A stretch of DNA of 48,724 nt from a bacterium (GTDB taxonomy: Bacteria > J088 > JAWLBW01). The DNA lies in assembly GCA_041690355.1 (NCBI GenBank), contig JAWLHK010000029.1, positions 1 through 48,724 of the forward strand. Reading direction: 5' to 3'. Position 1 is the stretch's first letter; each line of letters starts with the position of its first letter. The translations under genes and the position numbers were made by a program. The notes under the pieces are model-generated. The model did no database searches and had not been told where the DNA came from. It saw nothing but the letters and a program-made list of their open reading frames with translations. This document shows, piece after piece, positions 1-9,496 of this stretch.

Positions 1-15
1 CCGTCCGCGGTTTCG

Positions 16-30
16 CCCCCCCCCCCCCCC
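16..30. repeat. Poly-C homopolymer (15 C) about 190 bp upstream of the first CDS
   Basis: Directly visible run of 15 C at 16-30. Confidence 0.9.
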
Positions 31-221
31 GAGCGAGCCGTGGGCGCACGCCGGCCGGGCCGACGAGCCTGCATACTTCCGGGCCGTCCCTCGTCCTTCT
101 CTGCAACGACAACGGAATCCCCCCGAGCGCCGTGACCGTCGATGCCGCACGTAATGAAATCCTTACTCCCTTTTTGGGGAGGTCATGGTACCCTCAATGC
201 TCCTTCCTTTTTGGAGCGTTC

Positions 222-3200
222 ATGTTGACCCGTTTCAAAGTTCTCGCTGGTATCGCCGCGCTGACGACTGCCTGCACCGGTGCCGAAGTTCCCGACAATG
301 GCCAGGCCGCGCAGGAAGTGGCGCGGCAGGAAGCAATCCACGAATTCACCGGGCAGATCGGCGACGTGGTCGCGACCGGTATCACCCTGATGAAACTTTC
401 GGTACTGCAGGCCGAGGGCACGCCGCAGGGCAGCCCGTATGCGTTGCAGGTTCGCCTGCATGACAGCGGCGGCCGGACCTATACGTTCGAGCGCGCCGCC
501 GCGGATCTGCGCTTCATGGCCGACCCCGTCACCGGCGACGGAGCGGTGCGCGAGGAGCGGGTGGACCGCACAGCCTGTGTGGTCTCCGGCGAAGACAGTG
601 GCACCGGGTTGCGCATCAGGACGCAGGGCGACCTTCAGATCATCGATCTGCGCTCGCACGTCGACGCTGACGCAGAGGGTGGCGACGTCGAGGAGTTTTC
701 CTATTACGTGGAGAAGGTCAATCCGAACCAGAACACCGAACCGCAGACCCTGACCGTCGGCGGCCCGGATGGGGAAAACACGGTCGTTGTTGTGGCCTAC
801 GGGCCGCCCACGCAGACAGATACGTCGGCCGGTAAGCAGACGGTCCAGGTCAAGAAGGGAAAGTCAGGTGTGTCGCTTGATCCGGTGCAGATCGCAAGGT
901 ATGAAGAGCCGTATTTCCCGGATCCGATGTTGTTTTCGATTACCGGCGAGCCGGTCCTGATCAAACGCCATAACAACGCGCCGGGGATACGCCCGCTCGA
1001 AGCCGCCGACGTTCTCTATGACAGTGACGAATGCAGCGCCGGCGAGGAAAACGGAGCCGAATTCACGTTGGAGCCCGAGGGCCTCTTCGCCCTCAATACC
1101 ACCGACGCCTCGCGCGATGCGTCGACCATGCAGCTCACGGGCTCCTTGACGACGTCGACTGGCGAGCAGTTGCCGGTCAGTCTGATCGCCACGACGTCGA
1201 ACGGCACCGTGACGGTCGAAGGCGAGGTGGGCGGCACGCAGCAGTCGCAGAAGGATGAACAGCCCACGGCGAGGCCGGCACAATCAGATCTGGATTTCGA
1301 CTCGATTCTCGACGTCGATGACAACTGCCCGTATCATCCCAACGCGCAACAGGTGGACACCGATGGGGACGGTATCGGCAATCCCTGCGACAGGAGCACG
1401 ACCTTCACCCTGACGGTCGCCGAAGGGCCCGCCCACGACGCGCAGCTCGAGCCCGCCGACGGCGTCGTGTCGTTCCGCTTTGCGCTCGCGCCCGACATTG
1501 CCGGGGCCGTTCTGCAGTGCAGCGCGAATCAGGAACCGTTTGCCGACTGCAGCAGCCGCACGTTCTCCCGCGCGTTTCTGCACGGCAGGCATACCTTGAC
1601 CGTCGCGGTGACCCAGGTGCCTTCGAGCGCTTTTCCGGCCGGCGAGGCCCCCGAAGGGGTCAGCGGACGCCTGCAGACCTCGTTCACCGTGGGCGGCCCC
1701 GTGCCTGCGGCGACCCTGAGCGCCATGCCGCCGGCGACCACGACGAGCACCGCGGCGACCTTTGCCTTCACGTGCGACCTGGCCGGCTGCTCCAACGAGT
1801 GCAGCCTTGACGGCGCGGCGTTTGCGGCATGCACGAGTCCGAAAACCTACACGTCCCTCCAGCTTGGGCAGCACACGTTCCGCGTGCGGGCACGCGACGC
1901 CGTCGGTAACCGGCAGGCGAACCCGGCCTCGTATCCGTGGACCGTGGAGGCGGTACCCCCCGATACGACGCCTCCGCAGACGACGATTACCTCGACGTAC
2001 GCCAACGATGCATCGAGCACTTCGCTGACGGTCGAGTTTGCCTGCGACGAGAGCGGATGCACCTTTGAATGCCGCCTCGACAGCGGGACGTTTGCGGCCT
2101 GCACGAGCCCCTTCGTCGCCGTGGTCACGACCGAAGGCGAGCATACGGTGGAGGTGCGGGCCCGCGACGGGGCGGGCAATGCCGATGCGACTCCGGCCTC
2201 GGCGACGTGGACGGTCACGTTTCCCGTTTTTGCCGGCGACGTGACCTTCAGCGTGGCCCCCGGTTACAACAGCAGCTGCGCAGTGAAGAACGGCCTGCTC
2301 TACTGCTGGGGCGAGAATGTGGGGATAGCGTCGACCGCGCCCGCCCAGGTCGGTACGGCGACCGATTGGCGCATGGTTTCGGGCGAAGGCGATACCCGGT
2401 GCGCGCTCAACGAGGCGAATGACCTGTACTGCTGGGGCAGCAATTATAACCGAACGGTCGGCAACAACAGCGATGTCGATGCACCGGCGCCCGTGCAGAT
2501 CGGCGCCGCCGGCGAGTGGCAGAGCGTCTCGGTCGGCTATTCGACCGCCTGCGGCATCAAGACCGACGGCTCGCTCTGGTGCTGGGGGAACAACGGTTCA
2601 GGACAGGCCGGCCAGCCCACGTCGACCGCCATGGTGGCGGCGCCGGCGCAGGTCGGCTCGGCCACCGACTGGGTCAGCATTTCGGCCGACGGGCACTCCT
2701 GCGCCATCAACGGCAGCGGCGAACTGTACTGCTGGGGCCTGAACTACGCCGGTCAGCTCGGCGTGGGCAACACGACCGACACGAGCACGCCGACGCGCGT
2801 GGGCACGGATACCGACTGGGCGCATATTTCGGCGGGGGCCGATCACACCTGCGGCATCAAGACCGGCGGCGCGCTCTGGTGCTGGGGCGATAACACGTCG
2901 GGACAGACGGGGCACGGCTCGGCCCCCTCGAGTCCCGTCCGGGTGGGCACCGACGCAGACTGGCAGACGGTCGCGGCCGGCACGTCGTTCACCTGCGCAC
3001 TGCGCACGGGCGGCACCCTGTGGTGCTGGGGAACGGACACCAGCGGCCAGCTGGGAAATGGCGCCGTGGGGGCCGCGACGGTTCCCGAGAAGATCGGTAC
3101 GGAAACCGGCTGGGTCTCCATCTCGTCGGCCGATTATCACTCGCTCGGCGTGCGTCTCGCGGGGGGCGCTCTTTCGTTCTGGGGCTGGGGCGACAACGCG

Positions 3201-3266
3201 AAGCGGCAGGCCGGCGACACCGCCACGACTCCGCTTCTCGCACCGTACGAAAACCTGCTGGATTGA
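222..3266 (+). CDS. Large lipoprotein with TSP type-3 Ca-binding repeat, Ig-like domains and C-terminal RCC1-repeat beta-propeller
   Basis: ORF track 132..3266. The ATG at 222 follows GGAG (213-216) and gives signal/lipobox MLTRFKVLAGIAALTTAC. TSP3 motif DLDFDSILDVDDNCP..N..Q.DTDGDGIGNPCD; repeated 'ECSLDG..FAACTSP...GxHT..VRARD..GN' Ig-like units; about 7 RCC1 units 'C.I...G.LWCWG.N..GQ.G'. Confidence 0.85.
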   Translation: MLTRFKVLAGIAALTTACTGAEVPDNGQAAQEVARQEAIHEFTGQIGDVVATGITLMKLSVLQAEGTPQGSPYALQVRLHDSGGRTYTFERAAADLRFMADPVTGDGAVREERVDRTACVVSGEDSGTGLRIRTQGDLQIIDLRSHVDADAEGGDVEEFSYYVEKVNPNQNTEPQTLTVGGPDGENTVVVVAYGPPTQTDTSAGKQTVQVKKGKSGVSLDPVQIARYEEPYFPDPMLFSITGEPVLIKRHNNAPGIRPLEAADVLYDSDECSAGEENGAEFTLEPEGLFALNTTDASRDASTMQLTGSLTTSTGEQLPVSLIATTSNGTVTVEGEVGGTQQSQKDEQPTARPAQSDLDFDSILDVDDNCPYHPNAQQVDTDGDGIGNPCDRSTTFTLTVAEGPAHDAQLEPADGVVSFRFALAPDIAGAVLQCSANQEPFADCSSRTFSRAFLHGRHTLTVAVTQVPSSAFPAGEAPEGVSGRLQTSFTVGGPVPAATLSAMPPATTTSTAATFAFTCDLAGCSNECSLDGAAFAACTSPKTYTSLQLGQHTFRVRARDAVGNRQANPASYPWTVEAVPPDTTPPQTTITSTYANDASSTSLTVEFACDESGCTFECRLDSGTFAACTSPFVAVVTTEGEHTVEVRARDGAGNADATPASATWTVTFPVFAGDVTFSVAPGYNSSCAVKNGLLYCWGENVGIASTAPAQVGTATDWRMVSGEGDTRCALNEANDLYCWGSNYNRTVGNNSDVDAPAPVQIGAAGEWQSVSVGYSTACGIKTDGSLWCWGNNGSGQAGQPTSTAMVAAPAQVGSATDWVSISADGHSCAINGSGELYCWGLNYAGQLGVGNTTDTSTPTRVGTDTDWAHISAGADHTCGIKTGGALWCWGDNTSGQTGHGSAPSSPVRVGTDADWQTVAAGTSFTCALRTGGTLWCWGTDTSGQLGNGAVGAATVPEKIGTETGWVSISSADYHSLGVRLAGGALSFWGWGDNAKRQAGDTATTPLLAPYENLLD

Positions 3267-3297
3267 CGCTCGCGACAATCTGCGGGCAGCGCGCTTC

Positions 3298-3330
3298 AAG
3301 CCCCCTCGCCATCGGCGAGGGGGCTTTTTT
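3298..3330 (+). terminator. Intrinsic (rho-independent) terminator
   Basis: Perfect 13-bp stem AAGCCCCCTCGCC / GGCGAGGGGGCTT with 3-nt loop, running into a T tract, 31 bp after the 3266 stop. Confidence 0.85.
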
Positions 3331-3506
3331 GTGGTGCGCGCGGGCATCACCCCCAAAGCGTGGAGGCTCGGAGGAATCCGCGCGAAGCCGTGGATTCCGG
3401 CTTGCCGGGCACGACTTCACCGCCGGCTCGGCGCGGTCGCTGCGCCGCCTCCCCGGATGCCGCAACCCCGGAGAGGAAACGCCTCTCCGGGACCACCCAG
3501 CGCGGC

Positions 3507-6500
3507 TCAAGGCGAACAGCTGCCCGGCGCGCCGAGGTGCAGCACGTCATGGCGGTTCGTTTCGACCAGCCCGCCCTGCTGCGGAGCGCCTGCCGCAATG
3601 TAAACGCTGCTTCCGCAGGCGATGGCCTGTGTGCCGTGTCTCGCCTCGGGCATCTCCGGCAAGGTGCGCCAGAGCAGGGTCGCCGGATCGAATGCCTCGA
3701 CCGTCGCATAGGCCTGCCCGTGCCCTTCGCCCCCCAGGACGAGAACCTCGCCGCCGACAAGAACCGTCATGGCGCCGGCGCGCTGGGTCGGCAGGCCGAC
3801 GTTCAAGGTCGACCAGGTGCCGCTCCCGAAATCGTAGACGTCAATCTCCGGGATGGTGGCGTAGAAGTCATTGCCCTGCACACGGCCGCCGATGGCATAG
3901 AGTTTGCCGTCATGGACGGCCGCGTGGAAGTGGTTGCGCGCCCGCGGCATGTCGGGCAGGCTCTGCCAGGCGTTGCTCGCGGGATGGTAGACATCGAACA
4001 GGGCGACCGGCGCACCCTCATGGCCGGTGCCGCTCAAGGTATCCTGCAGGCCGCCCGCGACGTAGATACTGCCCTGGTAAACAGCTGCGCCACTGCTCCC
4101 GCGTGCCCGCCCCGACAGGAACGATGCGCCCTGACTCCACGTGTTGGCGAGGGGATCGTAGATGTAAACCGTACTTACCTGGTGGTCTGGATAGGGGCCG
4201 GCCAGCGCGCCGATGACATAAATTTTTCCGCCCGTCGCAACGGCCTGGGCATGGTGGAGCTCGGTTGGCAGCGAGGCCGCGGTTGTCCACGTGTCGGTGG
4301 CCGGGTCGTAGACTTCGTGCAGCAGAGTGTTGCGTCCGCCGAGCAGGTGGAGTTTGCCGTTTACCGCGACATAGGAAACTTCATGCCGTTCGAGGCCGGC
4401 CGCCGCCAGCGATTGCCACGTCGGCGTGATGCTCGCGTCCGGATCGATCACGACCAGGTCGTCGAAGTGCACGGCGGCCGAGATCGACGAAGTGTTGATG
4501 ACCCGTATGCCGAAGGTACCGGCCTGTTGCAGGCCGGTGGTTGAATCCTGGCTCTCAACCGCCCAGGCGGTCTCCTGGGTGCCCGTCTTCCACGCCTTGG
4601 CCCGCAGGGTCGTCGGCGAGGCGCCTTCGGCCTGAATCCGGAGGGTGACGGGCTCATTGGCCTGCACGGTCAGGAGGGGACCCACGTCGGCGAACAGGAA
4701 GCTGTGATCCTGACGCTGGCCGCGCAGGAATACCTGACCGTTCGCATCGACCCAGACGCCGACGCGGAAATAGGCGCCGCTGCTCTGCCGGCGGATCACC
4801 AGGTAGGCGAAGTTGCCGCCGCCCCCTTGCGGCAGAGCAGACCAGCTGACCGTAACCTTGGCATCCGGATCGCTGACTGTCGTGGTGCCGAGCTGCAGAA
4901 GGCGTTCGCCGTCGCCCGCCGTGGCCTGCACCCCTCCTTTGTTGCCGTCGACGGAAAGGGCCGAGGTGGGGCCCCCCAGTACCGACCACGGCCCGCCGAC
5001 GTCGGCCAGGCCCCAGCCGCCGGCCACCGTGCGGGTGAACGTGTCGTTCGCGACGGTGGCCCCCTGCGATTGCTCTTCGTAGACCTGCATGAAGTCCCAC
5101 GTGCCGGGGAAGGTGGCCGGCCCACCCGACGTCGAGAGGATGCCCACCGCGAGCCCGGTGGCCGCCGTGAACCAGCCGGGGGGTACCGTGAGGGCAGCCC
5201 CCAGCGTGACGGGTGTACCCGTAACTCCGCCGGCGGTTACCGTATACCAGGGCTGTACCGTGCCGAGGGCAGGGTCGACGGTCAGATAGAGATCGACGTA
5301 GTCGGGACCGGGAAGGGCGACCCCGTGGGTGACGGTGCCCGAGACCTGGCCCTCGATTTCCTTCAGCGCCTGGATGCCGCCGCTGCCGCCGTTGGCGGTG
5401 ACGACGACCTTGACGTAGTTGTCCTGGTCGCCTGTGCCGATGAAAAGGCCCAGTGACTGGTTGCCTTCGGGCGTCACGCCGTTGAAGGGCCCCACGATGC
5501 GCGTACGCGCCGTGAACACGCCGACTTCACTCGGGGCGGCGTGGACGCCGAACTGGAAGCCATACTGCTGCGAGTTGGCCGACCCCAGGGCGTCGCCTGC
5601 GGGAACGGCATCGACCGTCAGGACGCCGGCGGCGCCGCCCGCCGTGATATCGGCCTTGTCGAAGAGGGTCGCATAGTCGTCGACGCCGTTGCTCATGAGA
5701 CCGGTGTAGCCGAGGTTCAGCAGACCGCCGGGATTCGGGGCGTCGTTCTCCCAGGTGTACTCGACGGGCAGCCAGGTGTTCATGCCGTTGGCTGGATCGA
5801 TGGCGAAGGGGTCGACGATGTCGGCCAGGCCGTCATTGTCGTCGTCGGGGTCGTTCAGGTCGGAGACGAGGTCGTTGTCCCAGTCGGCAGGCACGTCGGC
5901 CGAAGAACAGGGGCTCGTTCCGTTGTCGATTTCGTCGGCGTTCGAGTAGCCGTCTCCGTCTTCGTCGATGCCGGGGTCGTCGACGCCGGAACAGGTCGCT
6001 CCCCCCGTTTCGTAGTCGTTCGGTTCGAAGACATGGATGATACCGGTGGCGAGATCGGCCACCCAGATGGTGCCGGGAAAAATGCCGTCGTCGCCGAGCG
6101 CGGTGACGTCGAGAGGATTCTGGCCCACCGACGAGAAGATCGGTGCATCGGAGACAATGGCCGTTCCGCTTGCATTGCGCTCGATGCGGTAAATCGTGTT
6201 GTAGACATAGCCCGCGGCGAGCAGATCGCCCTTCATGGCGCCGCCGAAGTTACTCGCCGTGTATTCGGCGAGACCGTTGGTCGACGAGGGGAAGGTCGTG
6301 AGTGAGCCGGCCTCCCAGGGCATCAGGTAGTCGCATTCGATGGGGTTCGATGTCGGCACCGGCGATTGGGGATTCGAGAGGTTGAACATGTTGGCGCTGT
6401 TGCCGCGCGTGGGGTTGGGGTGGCCGCCGTAGTAGCCGGGCCCCGAAATGTAGTGAAGCGAGTCGCCGACGGTCGAGCCGGGTTCATTCACTTCGTTCGT

Positions 6501-9161
6501 ACAGTTGCCACCGGGCCCCTCGTTGACGGGAACCTCGCCCCAGCCGCCGTTCGGGCCGTTGTCGATGGTGTAGAGCTGACCGCTCTCGGTGAGCACGATG
6601 TCGTAGGGGTTGCGGAAGCCCGGGGCGTAGACCTGGACGGGGCCCCCCGGCACGATGACGGCCTGATTCTTGCCGTCGTTGCCCCCGAAGGGGTCGTTCT
6701 CGTCGTTGATGCCCGGCCGGTCTTCGTCGTCGAGGGTCGGCAGGTCGTAGGTCGTGTTGCCGATGGCGGCGAGATCGACGGAGAGAATGGCCGCCGCGTA
6801 GGCATACTCGGGCAACTTGGCGAAGTTGTGAGAGGGGGCGCCCTTATTCGTGTTTCCCCCATGGGCGATGTAGAGGATCTGGCCGGTTGCGTCGAGCGTC
6901 ATGCCGTTGGCGGTGTGGTTTTCTTCGGACCGGGGAAGTCCGCGCACGAGATCGAGCTTGGTCCACGTCGTGCCTGTCCACGTCAGTCGCGAGAGCACGC
7001 CCGAGTTGGTGTCGAGGTTCAGGTCGGTGCCGTCGGGACCCGCCCCTATGCGGGGATCACTCGAGGTGACGTAGATGACCGGGTTCAATGCCGTGCCCGC
7101 GACGAGAATGCCGGTGACGAGACGCGAGGTGACGCCCGGATTGGGGCTGCCGTCGTCGTTGTGGTTCGGCATGTTGTAGATGCTGTCGATCGTCTCCTGG
7201 TCGATGACGGTATAGCTGTTGGCGGCGGCCCGGTCGACGGTATAGATGTGAATGATGCCGGTGAAATCGGCGACGTAGAGGCGGCCGTCGGGGCCGAACT
7301 GCAGCGAGCTCGGGTGACCGGCCGCGGCTCCCTGAAGGGCGCTCTTGCCGAAGCCGACCGGGATGATATCGACTCCGTTGCCCGCGAGGGGAATATTAAG
7401 CGGTCCGTTTTCGCCGTCATGGGTGACGTACAGCGTGCCTGCATACGGGGCGATGGCGCCCGGTGTGAAGGTCACGGTGGCGAACACGGACGCGCCCGGA
7501 TCAAGCAGGGTGCCCGACGGGTCGGACGTCAGGCTGAAGGCCGGGTCGCTGCCGACGAGCTGCACGTCAGTGACCGTGAGCGGCTGCGCTCCGGTGTTCA
7601 TGAGCAGCACGAATTTGCTCGCGCTGCCGCCTGCGTCGACGTCGCCGAAGTCGATGCTCGAAGGCGAAGGCGAGAGGTAGCCGGGCTGGTCGGCCGGCGG
7701 CAGAATCTCGATGGCTTTGATGGCCGGGTTTTCAACGTTGTGCAGCAGTGTGATGTCGATCGAGCTGTCGGCGACGACGGTGAACTCGTGTACGACGCCT
7801 GCATCGCCGCCCACATCAGCGGCGATATCGTAGTCGGCGAGAACGGTCTGGCCCTCGATGGCGACGGAGAAGACGCGCGCCCCCGGCGCCTGGGTGCCGA
7901 CGTAGATGTCTGCGAAGTAGAGGCGCACCCTATAGGTGTCGGCGACGACCGGAAAGCTCCACGTCATCTCCGGCGACGCACCGCCGTCCCACCGTTCGGT
8001 CTGAAACAGGGTCATCGGCGTGCCGGCGGGTATGGAGGGATCGCTCATGTCGATGCTGTTGGCGGTCGCGTACGTGGTGTTGCCCGTCTCTGCGGCGTTT
8101 CCATACGGCGAGGGCGCCGTCGCCGTGTCGGCGGCCCAGTCTTCGACGGCGGGTCCGCCCGCGTTGACGCGGTAGATTGGCATTCCCCAGGCGCCTTCAC
8201 TCTGCCCGGTGAGGGAGATGAGCAGGGGCGAGGCGTCGCTGTTGTAGGCGATCTGCAGGGTCGCATCGTAGGCGCCCGACGACGCCGGCGCAAAGGTGAC
8301 CGTCAGATGCGCCGTGCGCCCGGGGGCGACGGTCGCCGTGTCGGGACTTCCGGCGCTGAAGGCGCTCGCACCGGTTCCGCTCACGAGCACGGATTCGATG
8401 GTGACCGATTCGGCCGAAGGGTTGCTGAGGGCGACGCTGAGGGTCGCGCTGTCGCCGGCGGGCACGGAACCGAAGTCGAGCAGCGTCGGCGCCGCTTCAA
8501 GCGTGCAGGCGGTGCACGGTTCTGCAGGGAGCGTGAGAACCTCGAGGGCCTTCAGGGCCGGGTTTTCTATCTTGTGCCCGAAAACGATGTCGAGCGAGGC
8601 GTCGGCAGCGACCTCGAACGACCGCATGATGCCGTTGTTGGCGCCGGCCGCGGCATAGACGTCGAAGTCCTGGAGCACGGTCTGCCCCTCGATGAAGACA
8701 TCGAAGGTACGGGCCCCGGCAGACATGGCGCCGGTATAGATCTCTGCGAAGTAGAGGCGTACCTCGTAGTTGCCCGCCTGCACGGGCAGGTTCCAGTGCA
8801 TCTCGGGTTCGCTGAGGGGATCCCAGCGCTCGGTCTGAAAAATTCCGGCCGGGGTGCCGGCCGGCAGCGAGGGGTCGCTGGTTCCGATGGCGTCCCAGAC
8901 CTGAAAGGTGTTGGTGTCGGCGCTGTTGACGTACGGCGACGGTGAGGCAGACGAGTCGGCACTCCAGCCATCGGGAAGCGCCGGACCGCCGACATTGATC
9001 CGGTAGAGGAGGCCAGGGGCTGCAAGCGCATGAACATCCTGTCGGTCGGCTTCCTGCACCGTGCGTAGTCTGGTCGGCGTCTCGTCGTCGCCGCAGGCAG
9101 TCAGGGCGGCAAGCAGGCCGCACAGGGTCATGGAAAGCAGAGGCGTCTTGAATCGGGGCAT
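3507..9161 (-). CDS. Giant carbohydrate-binding lipoprotein: 2x malectin, 2x ASH/Ig-like, glucose/sorbosone-dehydrogenase-like beta-propeller, Asp-rich Ca-binding segment, lectin-like domains, Kelch propeller
   Basis: ORF track 3507..9362. The ATG at 9161 follows GAGAGG and gives lipobox LAALTAC. Malectin motifs YRINVGG...FQTERW...Y.VRLYFAE/D...R.F.V.IEG (twice); 'DFG.V.AG...L.N.......I..V...G...F' Ig units; propeller motifs 'LQFGPDGRLYV', 'YAPGFRNPYD', 'LYTIDNG'; Kelch 'GK.Y..GG...V..YDP....W' repeats at the C-terminus. Confidence 0.85.
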   Translation of the reverse strand: MPRFKTPLLSMTLCGLLAALTACGDDETPTRLRTVQEADRQDVHALAAPGLLYRINVGGPALPDGWSADSSASPSPYVNSADTNTFQVWDAIGTSDPSLPAGTPAGIFQTERWDPLSEPEMHWNLPVQAGNYEVRLYFAEIYTGAMSAGARTFDVFIEGQTVLQDFDVYAAAGANNGIMRSFEVAADASLDIVFGHKIENPALKALEVLTLPAEPCTACTLEAAPTLLDFGSVPAGDSATLSVALSNPSAESVTIESVLVSGTGASAFSAGSPDTATVAPGRTAHLTVTFAPASSGAYDATLQIAYNSDASPLLISLTGQSEGAWGMPIYRVNAGGPAVEDWAADTATAPSPYGNAAETGNTTYATANSIDMSDPSIPAGTPMTLFQTERWDGGASPEMTWSFPVVADTYRVRLYFADIYVGTQAPGARVFSVAIEGQTVLADYDIAADVGGDAGVVHEFTVVADSSIDITLLHNVENPAIKAIEILPPADQPGYLSPSPSSIDFGDVDAGGSASKFVLLMNTGAQPLTVTDVQLVGSDPAFSLTSDPSGTLLDPGASVFATVTFTPGAIAPYAGTLYVTHDGENGPLNIPLAGNGVDIIPVGFGKSALQGAAAGHPSSLQFGPDGRLYVADFTGIIHIYTVDRAAANSYTVIDQETIDSIYNMPNHNDDGSPNPGVTSRLVTGILVAGTALNPVIYVTSSDPRIGAGPDGTDLNLDTNSGVLSRLTWTGTTWTKLDLVRGLPRSEENHTANGMTLDATGQILYIAHGGNTNKGAPSHNFAKLPEYAYAAAILSVDLAAIGNTTYDLPTLDDEDRPGINDENDPFGGNDGKNQAVIVPGGPVQVYAPGFRNPYDIVLTESGQLYTIDNGPNGGWGEVPVNEGPGGNCTNEVNEPGSTVGDSLHYISGPGYYGGHPNPTRGNSANMFNLSNPQSPVPTSNPIECDYLMPWEAGSLTTFPSSTNGLAEYTASNFGGAMKGDLLAAGYVYNTIYRIERNASGTAIVSDAPIFSSVGQNPLDVTALGDDGIFPGTIWVADLATGIIHVFEPNDYETGGATCSGVDDPGIDEDGDGYSNADEIDNGTSPCSSADVPADWDNDLVSDLNDPDDDNDGLADIVDPFAIDPANGMNTWLPVEYTWENDAPNPGGLLNLGYTGLMSNGVDDYATLFDKADITAGGAAGVLTVDAVPAGDALGSANSQQYGFQFGVHAAPSEVGVFTARTRIVGPFNGVTPEGNQSLGLFIGTGDQDNYVKVVVTANGGSGGIQALKEIEGQVSGTVTHGVALPGPDYVDLYLTVDPALGTVQPWYTVTAGGVTGTPVTLGAALTVPPGWFTAATGLAVGILSTSGGPATFPGTWDFMQVYEEQSQGATVANDTFTRTVAGGWGLADVGGPWSVLGGPTSALSVDGNKGGVQATAGDGERLLQLGTTTVSDPDAKVTVSWSALPQGGGGNFAYLVIRRQSSGAYFRVGVWVDANGQVFLRGQRQDHSFLFADVGPLLTVQANEPVTLRIQAEGASPTTLRAKAWKTGTQETAWAVESQDSTTGLQQAGTFGIRVINTSSISAAVHFDDLVVIDPDASITPTWQSLAAAGLERHEVSYVAVNGKLHLLGGRNTLLHEVYDPATDTWTTAASLPTELHHAQAVATGGKIYVIGALAGPYPDHQVSTVYIYDPLANTWSQGASFLSGRARGSSGAAVYQGSIYVAGGLQDTLSGTGHEGAPVALFDVYHPASNAWQSLPDMPRARNHFHAAVHDGKLYAIGGRVQGNDFYATIPEIDVYDFGSGTWSTLNVGLPTQRAGAMTVLVGGEVLVLGGEGHGQAYATVEAFDPATLLWRTLPEMPEARHGTQAIACGSSVYIAAGAPQQGGLVETNRHDVLHLGAPGSCSP

Positions 9162-9496
9162 CCGTTTTCTTCCTCTCAAGCGGAGTTCAGGGCTGGCGAC
9201 CGGGCGCGCGATCAGAAAGGGGGCCATCAGGCGGTGGGCAGCCTTTACGTCCACTCTACTGCGAAGGCGCTCGGTCTCCAGCTTCGTGGAAAGGGGCTGC
9301 AACGCTACGCTACGCACCCCCGTTGACATGGCCGGGACGGGGGTGGTAGACGCCGGTTTCAATTCCCGATCCGTTCCCGAGCCGGATCCCCGCTCCCTGA
9401 TCCTCGATCCGCGGAACCTGCATCCTTGTCGCCAGGCGTGGTTGGGCTTAGGATCGGAGCAGGAGATCCATATACGTATATCGGAAAGGGGCAGCG

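Noticed and set aside
9162-9362. N-terminal extensions in the ORF track (also 132-221, 23223-23651, 24593-25495, 25756-25947, 32039-32290, 43836-43898)
   Set aside because: Downstream starts have RBSs, signal peptides or ATGA coupling, and several extensions overlap neighbouring real genes.
9364-9425. Short degenerate ~7-bp repeats in spacers (GATCC-rich here; GGGAATT at about 12919-12935; GAAT-rich at about 33253-33285)
   Set aside because: Too short and degenerate to assign a function; likely ordinary intergenic simple repeats.
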